A DNA stretch of 64,000 nt from Octopus sinensis (GCF_006345805.1 NC_043008.1:16058001-16122000); one strand, 5' to 3'. Shown: positions 1 through 13,109, counted from the stretch's first letter. Notes: generated from the letters alone by a model not told the origin. Numbers and translations are program-made.

Positions 1-718
1 ATATATGCACACACAAACATGTTTGTATTTAGATAGATGAAGATAAATAGATACCTTTTTTTGCCATGGTAAATATTCTATATCTTGCATCTATAATTCT
101 CGTTTGTTTTTCTTTTTATATTTGGAATGTTTGGATTGCACTTTTGTTTAACTAATAAAAGGCTCCATCGTAAAATGAAATAAAATTTATGAATTATTCA
201 AGAAATGAAATTAGCAATAGCATGGAAATAGCAATTACAGTTTAAACCATTGAAGGCAATAAAATTATAGCAATAAAATTTTTGGTAATTATGTAAGTTA
301 GAACTCTACTTTAGGCAATAATATAAATATGAGAAAAGATTTTTCGGCAACTACCAAACCAAATGGTAGGAACTGATGAATGGCAAAAGAAGGATGACGT
401 AAAAATCATTGAATTCTAAATATCTTTTTGTATTAAAATACGAAAGTTATTAATAATAAACGGGAAATAAATGAGGTGTAATGAATGATTTTTGTTTTCT
501 TAATAAGTACTTCATGCTAACAAATTACTGATATCAAAAAACATGAATGATTATTGTAAACTGAAATTGAAATATTACTGAAGTATCAAAAACGGTGTTT
601 ATAATTTCTTTATTGAGGTTGTCATTACTTTAATTTACTTAACACTTTACTTTTTATAGTGTTCCGTAATTTTCTGCAGTTTTCGATAATTACATGCGAC
701 TTCCTATGTTCCGATATA

Positions 719-1035
719 TTGGGGTGTTCGGAAATTTCGTGCCGACTTATAGTAGCTAACATTTTGATTTTAATTTAGAACATGGTTGAGTCCATGAAAT
801 AGGATTTGACTATACCTCCATTTAAAGCATAGTTTAAGCTATCTTTTAGTAGCAGACGTTTTATGTTCCTATAACCTGTGTTAATTCTGTAACCCTTTGA
901 AATGGAAGAGAAGAAAGTTCATTTTCGGCACTTGATGCTTTGGGAACCAGACAAAACTTGCTGCAGCTCGTCTGGGATGTGTTACCCCACCGTCCATATT
1001 CACCAGATATTGCTTCTCCAGATTTCCACTTCGGG
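719..1035 (+). mobile_element. mariner-family element, 5' part with large internal deletion
   Basis: TA at 717-718, then TIR-like TTGGGGTGTTCGGAAATTTCGTGCCGA. ATG at 902 reads MEEKKVHFRHLMLWE (mariner N-terminus) and joins, out of frame, RQNLLQLVWDVLPHRPYSPDIASPDFH (mariner YSPDLAPSD motif). No 3' TIR seen. Confidence 0.75.
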
Positions 1036-1360
1036 ATTTTGTGCGACTTAAAAACTTATGGATTTTCGGAATGGCAGAGAAGAACAACTTAATCTTCAAG
1101 TCTCCACTTGTGCATTGGCACAAAGGTCGAGAGTTTGCCTATCTTTTATAGGGTGTTGGCTATGCATTTTCTTCTCCTCTGCAGTTTTATAAGTTCTTCT
1201 GGGTATTTTTTCCAAAAAAGGCCAGTTCCATCACATTTGAATACCTGTTGTGCGATGTAACCTTTGGCTGCGATGAGCTGACGGAATTCACACAGGAAAT
1301 CTTTAGCTGCCTTCATCTCAGAGCTCTCTGCTTCTCCATAACTGACACATTTAAATCTTT
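1036..1360 (-). mobile_element. Tigger/pogo-like transposase fragment (DDE_1 region), inverted relative to its own 3' end
   Basis: Minus strand reads YGEAESSEMKAAKDFLCEFRQLIAAKGYIAQQVFKCDGTGLFWKK...CANA/SGDLKIK...HSENP*VFKSHKI with frameshifts and a stop. This matches the Tigger-type HGEA...QQVFNCDETGLFWKKMP...CANASGD...YHSENPRAFK pattern. Confidence 0.8.
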
Positions 1361-1361
1361 G

Positions 1362-2400
1362 AATATTTAAAGAAGCACTACAACATTGTAGGAAGCACTC
1401 CGTCGGTTACGACGACGAGGGTTCCGGTTGATCCGATCAACGGAACAGCCTGCTCGTGAAATTAACGTTTTAGTGGCTGAGCACTCCACAGACACATGTA
1501 CACTTAACGTAGTTCTCGGGAATATTCAGCGTGACAGAGAGAGTGACAAGGCCGGCCCTTTGAAATACAGGTACAACAGAAACAGGAAGTAAGAGTGAGA
1601 GAAAGTTGTGGTGAAAGAGTACAGCAGGGATAACCACCATCCCCTGCCGGAGCCTCGTGGAGCTTTAGGTGTTTTCGCTCAATAAACACTCGCAACGCCC
1701 GGTCTGGGAATCGAAACCGCGATCCTACGACCGCGAGTCCGCTACCCTAACCACTGGGCCATTGCGCCTCCACACTACAACATTGTAAACTGCTTGAGAA
1801 TCATCGATATGGCCTGGCAGGTTAGCGGAGGACAGCGTAGCGGAGAATGCTATCTCTACGCGTAACATAAAGTCAGTGTTGCCAAAGCAGTAGTATCTTT
1901 CTGAATTTGTAGAAAAATACGATCTTGAAAAAGTAGCTACAAGTCATACAACTGCTTATTTAATAACACTGCTCTGGCACAAAATTTTGAAAGGCATGAA
2001 AAAGCCGACTTCTCTTGATATCTTCCTAATGAAACATCTGGCAAGTGTAAAAAGCGAAGAAAGCGTGACCAAAAAGCGTAAATATAGCGAATTGAGAACG
2101 AAAAACCAGAAATAATTCTTCATGAAGTGTTTTCTTCATGAAGTGTTAACGGAAAGAACCTTTCCTTCTGTACAGTAATGATCCTCCTCCCCGCTCCAAC
2201 GTCTTCCTCGCGCACAAATCGTCCATCTTTAAGGTAATTCAGTTAATAAAACCAGTTTACATATTTCTTATGCATTCTCTTTTTAATAATTGTCATTCTA
2301 CTTGTAACTACACCTTTTCTGTTTTATAAGCCATAAAAATTATTTTGGGATGATTTTAGGAGTGCTGGAACGGATTAATTATATTTTAGTTAATTTCAAT
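1362..2400 (+). mobile_element. Tigger/pogo-like transposase C-terminal part and 3' subterminal region, interrupted by the SINE at 1391-1773
   Basis: Removing the SINE and one TSD restores KHYNIVNCLRIIDMAWQ. Downstream reads ISTRNIKSVL...SEFVEKYDLEKVATSH...KKPTSLDIFLMK...VTKKRK. Subterminal GGAACGGATTAATT near 2367. Terminal TIR not seen. Confidence 0.72.
1391..1773 (-). mobile_element. full-length tRNA-derived SINE (family A) with target-site duplication
   Basis: Minus-strand head GTGGAGGCGCAATGGCCCAGTGGTTAGG (A box) ... GGTTTCGATTCC (B box). Exact 14-bp TSD ACTACAACATTGTA at 1377-1390 and 1774-1787. Resembles the tRNA-derived octopus SINEs (OK/OR families); exact family not assigned. Confidence 0.92.
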
Positions 2401-2559
2401 AATTGCGCCTTTGAAAAGGATGATACCATTCCATTTCTTCCTCGAACATATTACGTTGCTCGTGTTAAATTTTCAGAAAAAGAAAATGGCGGTTTTTGTG
2501 TCATTTTTGTTAATGTCTCGTAGTGATATGCTATAAATGCTGTGCTCATTCTCAGTAGA

Positions 2560-2900
2560 AGTTTTTAGCACGTGTTTCTGGTAGATAAGGTTGTATAGCA
2601 GAGAATGTTATCCTTCAATGTGTTCTTTTAATTGGGGTTGTGAGGTACTTCTATGGATTAATGTGGTTTAATTCGGATGTCAAAGGAGCCTCGTGACGAT
2701 GCTATTTTCCCCTCTCTTTTTATCTATTTTGTTTGTAAACAATATATTGTGTGGCTTGAATGATCCTCTATTTCCAGTCTCGCAGGATTGATGTGGAGTT
2801 GTGCTAACGTGTTTCCTGTTGCCAGTCCATTTATTGAATTTTTCTTCCTGTATTTCTGGAGTAGTTTAATTCAGTAGCTTACAAATGCCCTTAGACATAC
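2560..2900 (-). mobile_element. possible decayed Penelope-like terminal fragment
   Basis: Minus strand carries TTGAAGGA...GAAACACGTGC (hammerhead-like core with near-palindromic stem III) at about 2567-2620. No convincing protein motif. Confidence 0.3.
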
Positions 2901-3258
2901 TTATATATTGAATGCAAACTTGAAAGCTTTTACAAGTATTTTCCTTTGCAAGAAATAGCAGCTAACTATTCAGCGTATACGACCATACTAACACTATAAA
3001 TCATAGAATATATAGGATAGTCAAACACTCAATATAGTAAGTTTTAAAAGAAACCCAAATCGTGAGGCGAGATCGTTGGACGAGGAGGTTCACGCAGAGG
3101 GTATTTGCTACGGTATCGTGTACTGTCACAGTGAATCTAAACGTATAATACAGAAATGAATTCCTCTAATTTTTAAAACTTTAATTATTTAAGTGTTATC
3201 CTTCCTCAGCAATGTGTTTACCGCTTGGAAATAATTTCTACGAGTTTCGATCCCGCAG

Positions 3259-3319
3259 CTGGGTACCGCAGCAGATAAAGAAAAAGCTAAAGCCAGAGAT
3301 GTCCTTTGTAGCATCCAGA
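3259..3319 (+). CDS. candidate internal exon (LGTAADKEKAKARDVLCSIQ), unknown product
   Basis: CAG acceptor at 3256-3258, GTAAGC donor at 3320, open frame, GC-richer than flanks, phase-compatible with the next candidate across a 109-nt intron. No homology recognised. Confidence 0.33.
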
Positions 3320-3428
3320 GTAAGCTCTTCAAACGAGGGCAGTAAATCCCTCACAGAGAAATGTTAGGAGTCTGATTCCCAGGCCTACTTATTTTGCTTT
3401 CTCCTTGTTATTAATGCGTCTACTACAG

Positions 3429-3502
3429 CCTATGCTCCTCTGATCTGGCTGGTCTTTATGTGTGTGTATTGGTTCGCTTCGAATGTATCCAGACAGAAAT
3501 AG
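3429..3502 (+). CDS. candidate terminal exon encoding a hydrophobic C-terminal tail (YAPLIWLVFMCVYWFASNVSRQK*)
   Basis: Pyrimidine-rich tract TTTTGCTTTCTCCTT...CTACTACAG acceptor ending 3428, TAG at 3500-3502, AATAAA just downstream. Spliced to 3259-3319 it gives a TM-like segment plus basic tail. Confidence 0.3.
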
Positions 3503-3974
3503 ATAAAATAAATTTGATAAATCTATATAAAGGACATGGATAGATACAAAGCGCACCCATACACAGGCACACACACACGTCTTGGACGGGTGTACAATGT
3601 TAACAATACAACTAGCACGATCAGCAGCAGCGGCGATGCCGACGATGGCAATAACAACCACACCTTCGACCACGATGGCAACACTGTGGACGAACAGACA
3701 TACACAGAGGAATACAGGAACTGTACCGTATTTTTTTCGGATTTTAGGACAGCAGCCGCTCAATGGGTTGAGGGTATGGTGGTGAGGGGAAGGCCAGATT
3801 AATACCAAAATCTAAGACACACACACACAAGCATACACACACATATACGCACACACGCATACACACGCAGACACGCACACACACGCAAAACAAGGACACA
3901 AACGCATGCGCACATAAGGATATACATCTTAGAAGAACGGAATCGAGTAAGTGTAGCAAGAACACACACGAAAA

Positions 3975-4125
3975 CGAAAAGTGTCACTGAAGAGGTCACA
4001 GAAGTGTGCCGAAAGAATTCCGGACAATGGACATGATTTAAAATAATAAAATAAGAACAGTAACAAACGAGTGAAGAAAAAGTATAGACACAGTGCGTGT
4101 GTTTATTTAGTCAAAAATGACCATC
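3975..4125 (+). mobile_element. copy of short interspersed repeat 'H1' carrying a degenerate hammerhead core
   Basis: CTGAAGA (3987-3993), GGTCACA-GAAG-TGTGCC stem II, GAAA (4011-4014). Downstream AAAATAAGAACA...GTGAAGAA...AGTGCGTGTGTTTATTT aligns by eye with the copies at 20792-21032 and 47281-47400. Confidence 0.6.
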
Positions 4126-5849
4126 CAGAAATACAACAATATATATATATATTTTAACATATATGCAACTGGTTATATAAGCTACTCAGAGCTCGTGACT
4201 ATGGCTCGTGTGGACACTGCCAGACCATTAATATGGGTAAATTGAGATGGTTTGAATTTCGGCATATAAATATTTGCAAGATATATATAGAAAGAATCGC
4301 TGTCTCTTCTAATAACAAGATTAAGCCAAATGCATCAAATTACAAAAAGTTAACGAGGAGCGGCGACACGCTTTTTTAATGGTGATTTTGAAAGGAGATA
4401 TACGAGCTTTATATAAAGAGTTATTACTGTGATTGTATCAGTAGAAGTAGGTGGAATATAAGAGTCGGATACATTTAAATAGCGTGTAGATTTTCTTGGC
4501 ATATTTAAGGTTCCATGCATGACTTATTTAACGATGTTTTCTTTTCTACAAAGACACCAAAATATTGATAATTCAAAGCATGTTTCCTCTCACTGTTCTC
4601 CGCTCCTCCTGTATCGTAAAGATCACGGCAAGTCGATGTAATCAGTGGTCAGTTTACTCAGGAAATTATAAGGAACACGAAAATTAACAATGTGTGTGCA
4701 CCTAATTAAAGACATTATCTTACGAAATTAACAGATGTTTATGTGTTTATTGCCAGGTTAAAAAAACCCTGGAGACGATATCTAGATATGTGATACTATA
4801 TACTAGATGCTGCCGACCAGGTCAAGCCTTAATAAATGTTAATCCAACAATATCAGAGAGTAAGGTGAAACGTTGAAGATTGCAGTTCACTTCTGCACGA
4901 GGATATATCTGTCAATTTTCACATCCGTTTCTCTTTTCTAACTCGTAAATCAATACTTTCTACAATGAGGATATCAAAGAAAAAAAAACATTACCTATGA
5001 TAAACACTCATGCTTGTACGAATATAATTTCATTCAGTTTCGTAGGATTCGACCAGAATTTAGAATATTGACTTGTATAAAATTATTTTAAGCACTTATC
5101 TTCTCTTTAGTAAAAAATAAATGCCTAAAAAATTGCACGAATATATTTAAAGAGGAAATGAGTGCCATACTATTGAAAATATAAAACAGATAAATAATAA
5201 ATTTAAACGAATAAGTAATAAATAAATAACACGTCACACATTGCAATGTCAGTGAATGTAAAAGTAAATTTCATTGCAAGAAAATTCTACATGTCTTAGC
5301 AGAAATTGAATTTAGGCTTTCTGGAATATATCATGAACTCTGAAAGAAAAAAAATATATGTATAAAATCTTTGCTTTGAGAAAACAAAATTAGAATAAAA
5401 AAGAAAGCTAAAATCATTTTCCCACAAATACAAGCCAAACACTGAAAACTGCTTACCGCTTAAGAACGGCGTTTTATTTGCTTGTGTGTGCTTAACTCCA
5501 TTTACTATTTTCAAATTAAATTTTTAAAAATGACACTTATAGAAAAATGCATTTATAATCTAACATAAAATGCAGAAAATGTATTTAAAAAGAAATCAGA
5601 AAAGTATTTCCTTCTATCAACATATAAAAGTTCGAAATATACCATAGGCATATTACAGATCGTGGCAATATATGTAGGTTAGAGTCTATACAATATATCG
5701 TGTCAGGAATACTCTTACATTTTACTAAGTGCATTTTATTTTCCCATGTGCCTATACTAATTGTGCTAGTTCAATTGTCTACTATTGTGGAATATTGTCC
5801 TCCTGTAACAAATTATTAACAAATATATTATATCTTCATAGTTACTTTT

Positions 5850-6330
5850 CATAGATCCAAGATACATCTCGTGCATGCTGTGGGGTTCATCTTCAATTAT
5901 GTTTCTAGGGTTTTGGAGGTTTTCAAAATCAGTCTACCATCTCCCAGTCGACCAGGTTGGGGTTGGTCAATTACCCGTTTGAATAGCAGTAGCACCAACA
6001 TACCGGTCTGCCCTGTTCATTTAAAGCCACCTAGAGGCCTTCACTGCAGCTGTGATGGAATTTATGACATTCTTAGTCGTTGCATCCGAAGACGCACGAC
6101 CAGAAAGGCCTTGAAAAATAAATTCCTCACAAACATCCAAAACCCCACATCCAATGTCGCGCAACGAGCTGCCAAGATCTGGTTTCTGATTGACTTCCTC
6201 TCACGAGCTTCCTCCATATATTCTTCATGCAATAATATGTGCGAAATATATAATTAGCAATCTATTTGAGATGGGTCAGTTATCTTAGGTTTTCTATTTC
6301 CTGTGCGCTTGTGATATTCTGGTTCCTATG
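5850..6330 (-). mobile_element. HERO-like (restriction-like endonuclease) non-LTR retrotransposon, 3' end fragment
   Basis: Minus strand reads EEYMEEARERKS... and AAVKASRWL*MNRADRYVGATAIQTGN*, resembling the HERO C-terminus (EEANERKR...KATRWLWxKRADPW), followed by a HERO-like 3' UTR. Frameshifted. Confidence 0.68.
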
Positions 6331-6562
6331 CTTGCAATTGAGTGTTCTTTTCTACACGTATTCAGGGAGGAGATAATGGTGTTAAAAAAGAGCTGTATTG
6401 CATTTGCTCTGAATTTACGATCTATCTATCTAGCTACCTAATTATCTGCCTAGTGATCTGTCTAGCTGTCCATATGTCTAAATACACTCGCAAGCATAGG
6501 GGCACAGAAACGTAAACACAGATACACACAAGCACATATAAACACGAATGCATCTACGAAGC

Positions 6563-6815
6563 AATTGCCCCAGCTCCCCTTCAGGGTAGGCGAAAGCGAT
6601 GTGGTGGAAAACGAAAAACCTGGCTGATGACAGTCAAGGCTGATCTGGAACTCAAGCTAGGCTCCCATATCTACGGCGTTCGCCGCCGGAATAAGGAGTG
6701 GTTGGAGATCATGCGGTCGTTAGCCTCAAATCGCCAGGTCTAGTCGGCATTTGTGAGAGATGCAGCACTGAGGATGAATGAAGCCAGCTCAACACACCCC
6801 TGGTGAATGCTGTCT
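6563..6815 (+). mobile_element. RTE-clade LINE 3' end fragment
   Basis: Reads KRKTWLMTVKADLELKLGSHIYGVRRRNKEWLEIMRSLASNRQV*SAFVRDAALRMNEASSTHPW*, resembling the RTE ORF C-terminus (KTW...IKEDLE...ELAQDRRAWSASVRD). Confidence 0.68.
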
Positions 6816-8064
6816 CAAAACAACATATAAACGCACACAAACACACACGCACACATGGATAACACATCATGCTTGCTATCGATTTAGTAAATATTTTTTA
6901 TTTGAATTTTGTATTATATTTAAAACAAAATATGTTACGTTCAATCAATGGAAAACACTAATGAAAATACCATGAAAAACATGAGCGTTATGTCTTGTAA
7001 ATAGATAAGTAGATATCCAAAACAATAGCCCATCAATAGCAAAACAGCAATCATATATAAGAAGATTTAATAGAAAAGTTATGTATTCTATGCAAATACA
7101 GCGTAGAAAATCTATAGTAGCCATTCAAAACATGCTGTAACTCAATTTCACATTCGCATTCTTTGTTATCATAATTTTCATTGTAGTGACAAAACTCTGC
7201 TGCGACTGGTTTGAGACTGGTTTTAGCTTAACTGCAGTTTCCGCTAGGCTGTACGACTCCATATGTATCCTCACCGAGAGAAAAAAAAATAAGTATGCTG
7301 AAATACGTACCACGACCAAGAATCTCATCCCCAAATCAAATGAATTGGCACACAATTTAGACTGGAAAAGGTATATAAACAACACTAAGGCTTCTGTATT
7401 TTGGCCAAAAGTCGCGTCGCAGACCAGTTTCCGTTGTTCACCGTCAGTGACTATGTTGCATATAGCGTCACGCAAATTGAGACACCGAATAAAGAAAGTT
7501 TAAGTGACCTAAACACTTTTTTTCTTTTCTGAACAGCTCATATTTCTTTCAACACATTGACTTGGGTCAAACGCGAATAATTAGAACAAATTTAATGTCA
7601 AGGTTGTTTGAAGGCTATTATATATATATATATATATATATATGTAGATAGATAGATAGATATTTAGATAGACAGATAGATAAACTGATATATAGATATA
7701 GATATAGATATATGATACTAAATGCACTATCTGTTGGTCAAACAGTATGCATTACAATATGAAATAAGTGGCATTTTCTTTCCCTTTTTTGTATAAGAGG
7801 GAATAAAGTATAGATCCACATTTACAATGTAGAAAGATATTTAATAATTTATATTTAGATGACGCAAAAGCCCAATATAGTTAAACAAAACTGTCCGGTG
7901 AAGGTAAACGTTAAACTCTGAGTAACAGCTTTTGTTATATTTCTGCTGCTTTTAAATAAAGCATATATACTCTACCTCTGGTATTTGATTACTCTTTTCT
8001 CTACCTTGTTCCACATTTATGTGCTTACCCCGGTATACATACATATATATATATATAATATATA

Positions 8065-8102
<38 letters not shown>

Positions 8103-9667
8103 GTATGAATGTATATATGTTATGTGTATGTGTGTATGTGTTTATGTTTATGATTAAAGAAATTCAAATGTCAATAATTTCTATTTAAAAAAAGCATTTT
8201 AGTGCAGTTTGAGTATTCATCTCATTTATAGACAATTTTAATTAGTCAATTCACTCACGTTTTTCTGTAATCTATATTCCATATTCATCTGAATGTAAAC
8301 TTAGTGCGTAAAATTGAAAGAAAATAATATCCTTATATAAAAGTTCATTATACTTATCAATTTTCTATGGAATTGTACAATATCAAACTAATATATTTGC
8401 TGAAAACTATGTAATTACAAATTGAAAATATATTAAACGCAGTCCAAAGATATAATTTTCCCTTAAAGAAATTTCAGGTTATATATTTCTCGTATTGTTC
8501 AGAATACTATTTGAATTGTAATTTAAAAGTAAAAAAAGAACGACAATACTGTATTGTACTTATATGTGTTAGATATTCACTGTTCATGTGTTTTGTGTAG
8601 GAAAGCTTTTGGTTAATATATATAGTTACCTGGGCGTTACCTTATATGAAAATGCAAAAATTGCTTAATTCATATCGGCATATTTCAGTATACTGAACTT
8701 AGATATCAACTTATAAAATTTATTATTGAAATTTAATGCCACCGTTAACAGTTGTGCTGTTCAACTTTTAGGATAGTTATGACTTTTGAGTTGATAACAT
8801 TTACAAAGGATGGTAAATGAGCATATAACTCAAAGGTGGGAATTTTAGTATTATCTGAAGGAACGAGGCTTTTTGGTCGAATGGATTTGATATATATGAA
8901 TGGTAGGTAAGTCAATAGGAGGCTGTTGACTCGGTCTCGATTGAATGCAATTTCCATAATGGTTTGGTAGTATATCGAATTAAGGAAAAGTACAGTAAAT
9001 CTTGAGACATTGCGTAGAAGAATATAAGTGATAAAGTTGGACTTATCGAGATTATGGAATCGCAGTTTCTGAGAGCCAGATGAGAGAAAGTCCATATAGC
9101 AATGAGAGATAATATATTTGCATTAGATGGAGTTGGAAAAGTTAAGCTTGTTCACAATAGCTAAGAAATTTGAGGACCGACAGAGATATCAAATACAGTG
9201 GAATCGAAACACAAATGGAACAATTGACACGGATTAGTGTAAGAAATGGAACAGTTTATTTACTCTGATAAACGAGTTGCATAAATGCTTCTTTCATAAG
9301 AGACACAGAGGCAAGTGTTTTAGTCTAGTCAAACGTTTCTTAGGATAACATACATGACTGAGTCTAGGTATGTATTACTAGGTATGTATTACTCCCTAAA
9401 GGACAGTTTTTGGTTCTTTACTGAATAACATTGGTTATCTTTGGTCATTCATGGAGGGCCGAGCGTTCAATATCGAAACTTTCTGAGAGCTAGCCATCTC
9501 ATTTCACCTCCGAATATATGCCTCTGTACATTTTGGTCATCTATCTTTTAAATATGCGACACAATTCAGCTGTTATTGATTGTCTATTTTATCGATTGTT
9601 TCGGACTGATGATGATGATGATAATGATAAAAATGATGGTGATGACGACGACACCAATAATGCTTAA

Positions 9668-9669
9668 TG

Positions 9670-9724
<55 letters not shown>

Positions 9725-9741
9725 CGATGATGATGATGATT
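9668..9741. repeat. (AAT)n grading into (GAT)n microsatellite
   Basis: Directly visible trinucleotide run. Confidence 0.95.
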
Positions 9742-9910
9742 ATAATAAAATGCCCTAATTTTAAAGTAATTTTAATGGCTGTTGGTTTAAACAGTGTGGA
9801 AATTAGAATGCGCATTTATAAAGCAATAATTATTTATAATTGCATTCATTAATTTTAAAATGTAATACTAACTAAAACATTTTTTAGTTAATGTCATCTG
9901 TCATCTGCCA

Positions 9911-9943
9911 GGAATGACCGGTTTCGAATAATACTCAGATTCC
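9911..9943 (-). other. solo minimal type I hammerhead relic with damaged core
   Basis: Minus strand GGAAT-CTGAGTATTATTC-GAAACCGGTC-ATTCC: 5-bp stem I (GGAAT/ATTCC), palindromic stem III ACCGGT, GUC triplet. The CUGANGA core is incomplete. Confidence 0.45.
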
Positions 9944-12278
9944 GTGCATTGTTTTCTAAATGTTTTGTGAATGGGCTGCATTTATCTCACTAGTGTCAAT
10001 TAACATCTATACAATCACTTGCCCACCTGATGCTTTCATTTACAACATTGCGAACATAACTATTCGAGGCTATCTACAATTATACTGCTATAAGGCAGTG
10101 TATCGCTTAAGGACACGCTTAATCATTAATCCTAAATCCTAAGTTAATCCTGGTTTGATATTGCAATTCATCGAATTTCATATAATGTTCAGCAAGGACA
10201 ATTATCAAAATTAATGGGAAATTTATGCATTGTAATGAGAGGAATAATATTCCATTATACCACTAATTTATATAACCTATATAAATAATGTATAATAATT
10301 TTGAGGTATAATAAAAAATTTGTCATGTATTTAGACATGTATTCTAATATGGAACCATCTGTTTACTGATATTTTACCTATATGTATATGTCTTGTTAAC
10401 CATAACCATATGAAAGTGAAATAAAACGAGTGTTATAATCATTTTGCCACAAGGCATATATGTATATATATATATATATACCTCATGGTAATAACTATAT
10501 TGAAATGTTTAAAACCATCAACTCTTATTGTGTAGTTATATAAATGGTACGTATTATATTGAACTTGGTATGCTTCGATTCAAACTCAACTCATATGGGA
10601 TATACTGGATGTGAAAATATATAAAGGATTGTACAATATGTTTATATACTGTTTGATCTCTTTTATTTTCACGATATATCAGCGATATATTTTAAACAAT
10701 ATCACGGTCAAAGATGAAAATACCAGGCGTCATGTTGTGTGATTTTAACAATATTGCGTCACTACTATATTATCGAAGCAATTTCAATGATATCACCTGT
10801 TTCAATGTAAAACTGTAATAACAATGTGATTTTAATATCGTGGACAGCACCATGTTGTACAAGAAAATGCAAGTTAGATAACGCTGATCCCAGCTATATT
10901 GAAGCAGGATATTACAAAATCACTACAATGACAAACAATAAACTACTCCCTATGGTCACAACGAAGGATCTCTAAAATTTATTTTGTTGTCTGCTTTAGC
11001 AACTGTGACACACCTGTTATACTAACACCTTTCATTGCAAATATTTATGCCACTTTATCTCCAGTATTAAGATATATACAATAAAAATACCCTGCCTAGA
11101 TAATATAAAACTCATATCCATACACGTTTTACTAAATGTGTTTTTGCGTTCATATTAGTCATTTTCCACTTAGTAATCAGTGCTGTATTTATGATTATGG
11201 TATTTATCAATATATCGACAAAGGTGTAAAGATATCAGTATTGTTTGTGCTATTTTATCCCATTTACAGAATGTGACAAAATATCGTGAACATTATATAT
11301 ATTACGCTGTTATTTTTGTGAGATTTCATAAAAAAATAATGATGTAAGGAACAACAAATTGAAAGTCCGATGACACGGTGGATACTATTGGTAGAAATAT
11401 TTGGTTTGGTTTTTCAATTACTCTTCATGTGTCTGTCTTTGAACATCTGTTGCACAAGATCTAGATATGAATTTCTTGTACAAAACCAGATTTGCTAGGT
11501 TAAAAAAGTATGTTACTGCAAGCATGGAAGAAGTGTATTATGGTGTTGGAAGTTGCTTGTCCCTGGGTTTCTTGTTTTCATAATTTTCTTTTTATTTGCG
11601 CATTTATTTTCGGTATTCAACGAACGTATTAGGATAATTCATTTTTATAATGAAATTTGTGCATGTATTGCAATGGTTCATAATTGACTCTAATTAAGTC
11701 AGATTCCAAAGAGTTAGATTCCAATGAAACGGTTACACAAATGTAAAACTTTTGATCTCTTTGAAACGACTTTTAGTTAAATCACCTGTATACTTAGTTG
11801 GTTGTATGTTTAACTGACTTTACACCACGAAAGCAGTGTTGCAGCAGCGGGTGACAATCTATCTATAATTGGTAAAATCTTGGAAGGCGTCTAAGAATTC
11901 TATCGCATTAATTATCTTGCAGTTTAATAGGGAAAATATTTATATGATGAAAGCTGTTTCGAAATGTAACAAAAGAAATAATACAACGTAAAAAATTAAA
12001 TATATCCCATCTAACTGTGTTAGCCATGTTTTAAAATGGAAAGGAAAAAGAAAAAAAGAGGATCTTATAATATCATTTGTTCTTTTTCATGAGATGGGCT
12101 AACATACATCGTTTCACTTGCCAAACAATAATAATTTCAAACAAAAGTATAGCTTCTAATAAAATTTAATGTCACTTTACTTAATTCTAAACTCTTGTGG
12201 TGTCCTTAAATTTAATACACGAAGGGAGAGAACGTGGCAATAGAAGATTGATGACCCACGTATTTCACATACTTTACT

Positions 12279-12322
<44 letters not shown>

Positions 12323-12791
12323 CACAAACGTAGATATCCAATTATACATTTATATATACATACATGCATTAATATATATATACATACATACATATATATG
12401 AACATGTATATGTATACATATACATATACATACATGCATATATATACATGCATACATATAAATATATATATACAGAGAGAGAAAGAGAGAGATTTGAAAT
12501 TAAAAATACAATTGTTATGAGTGTGTTTCAACATATATACATATTCAATAAATATATACGACCACGCACACATACACGACCACCCTCACAATGCTATTCA
12601 TTGTGCGCGATAGATCCTTAATACACACGATGTTTATCAATTTGCACAACGGTGCGAAATATTTTTTTATGAAATAATGGGATCAAGCGTATTAAGATTA
12701 TACCATGACATGTTTTTCGTTATTTTACTTTACACACACTTCCGCACTCAAATTCACATAAATATATACATATACATACCTAGATACATAC

Positions 12792-12799
<8 letters not shown>

Positions 12800-12861
<62 letters not shown>

Positions 12862-12964
12862 TACAACAGACATCATACATACATACAGACAGACATATAT
12901 AAATACATACATTAATACTTACACTCACAAAAAAGGCCCCGACGTACATATGTATGTCTGAATG

Positions 12965-13038
<74 letters not shown>

Positions 13039-13066
13039 AGTGTGTGTGTGTGTGTGTATGTATAAA

Positions 13067-13109
<43 letters not shown>

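Noticed and set aside
1700-1773. tRNA gene
   Set aside because: The tRNA-like head has A/B boxes but continues into a SINE body flanked by a TSD, with no acceptor-stem closure.
3536-3802. 88-aa ORF as a protein
   Set aside because: Built largely on decayed trinucleotide (AAC/CAG/GAC) sequence, which suppresses stops on both strands. No recognisable domain.
7186-7275. GPCR TM3-like motif (FSLTAVSARLYDSIC)
   Set aside because: No D/ERY, the cysteine spacing is wrong, and no following TM4. Probably coincidental.
8745-9095. 116-aa minus-strand ORF
   Set aside because: Only a faint resemblance to a CR1/L2 endonuclease tail (LVPSDN vs LGSSDH). Too weak to call as gene or element.
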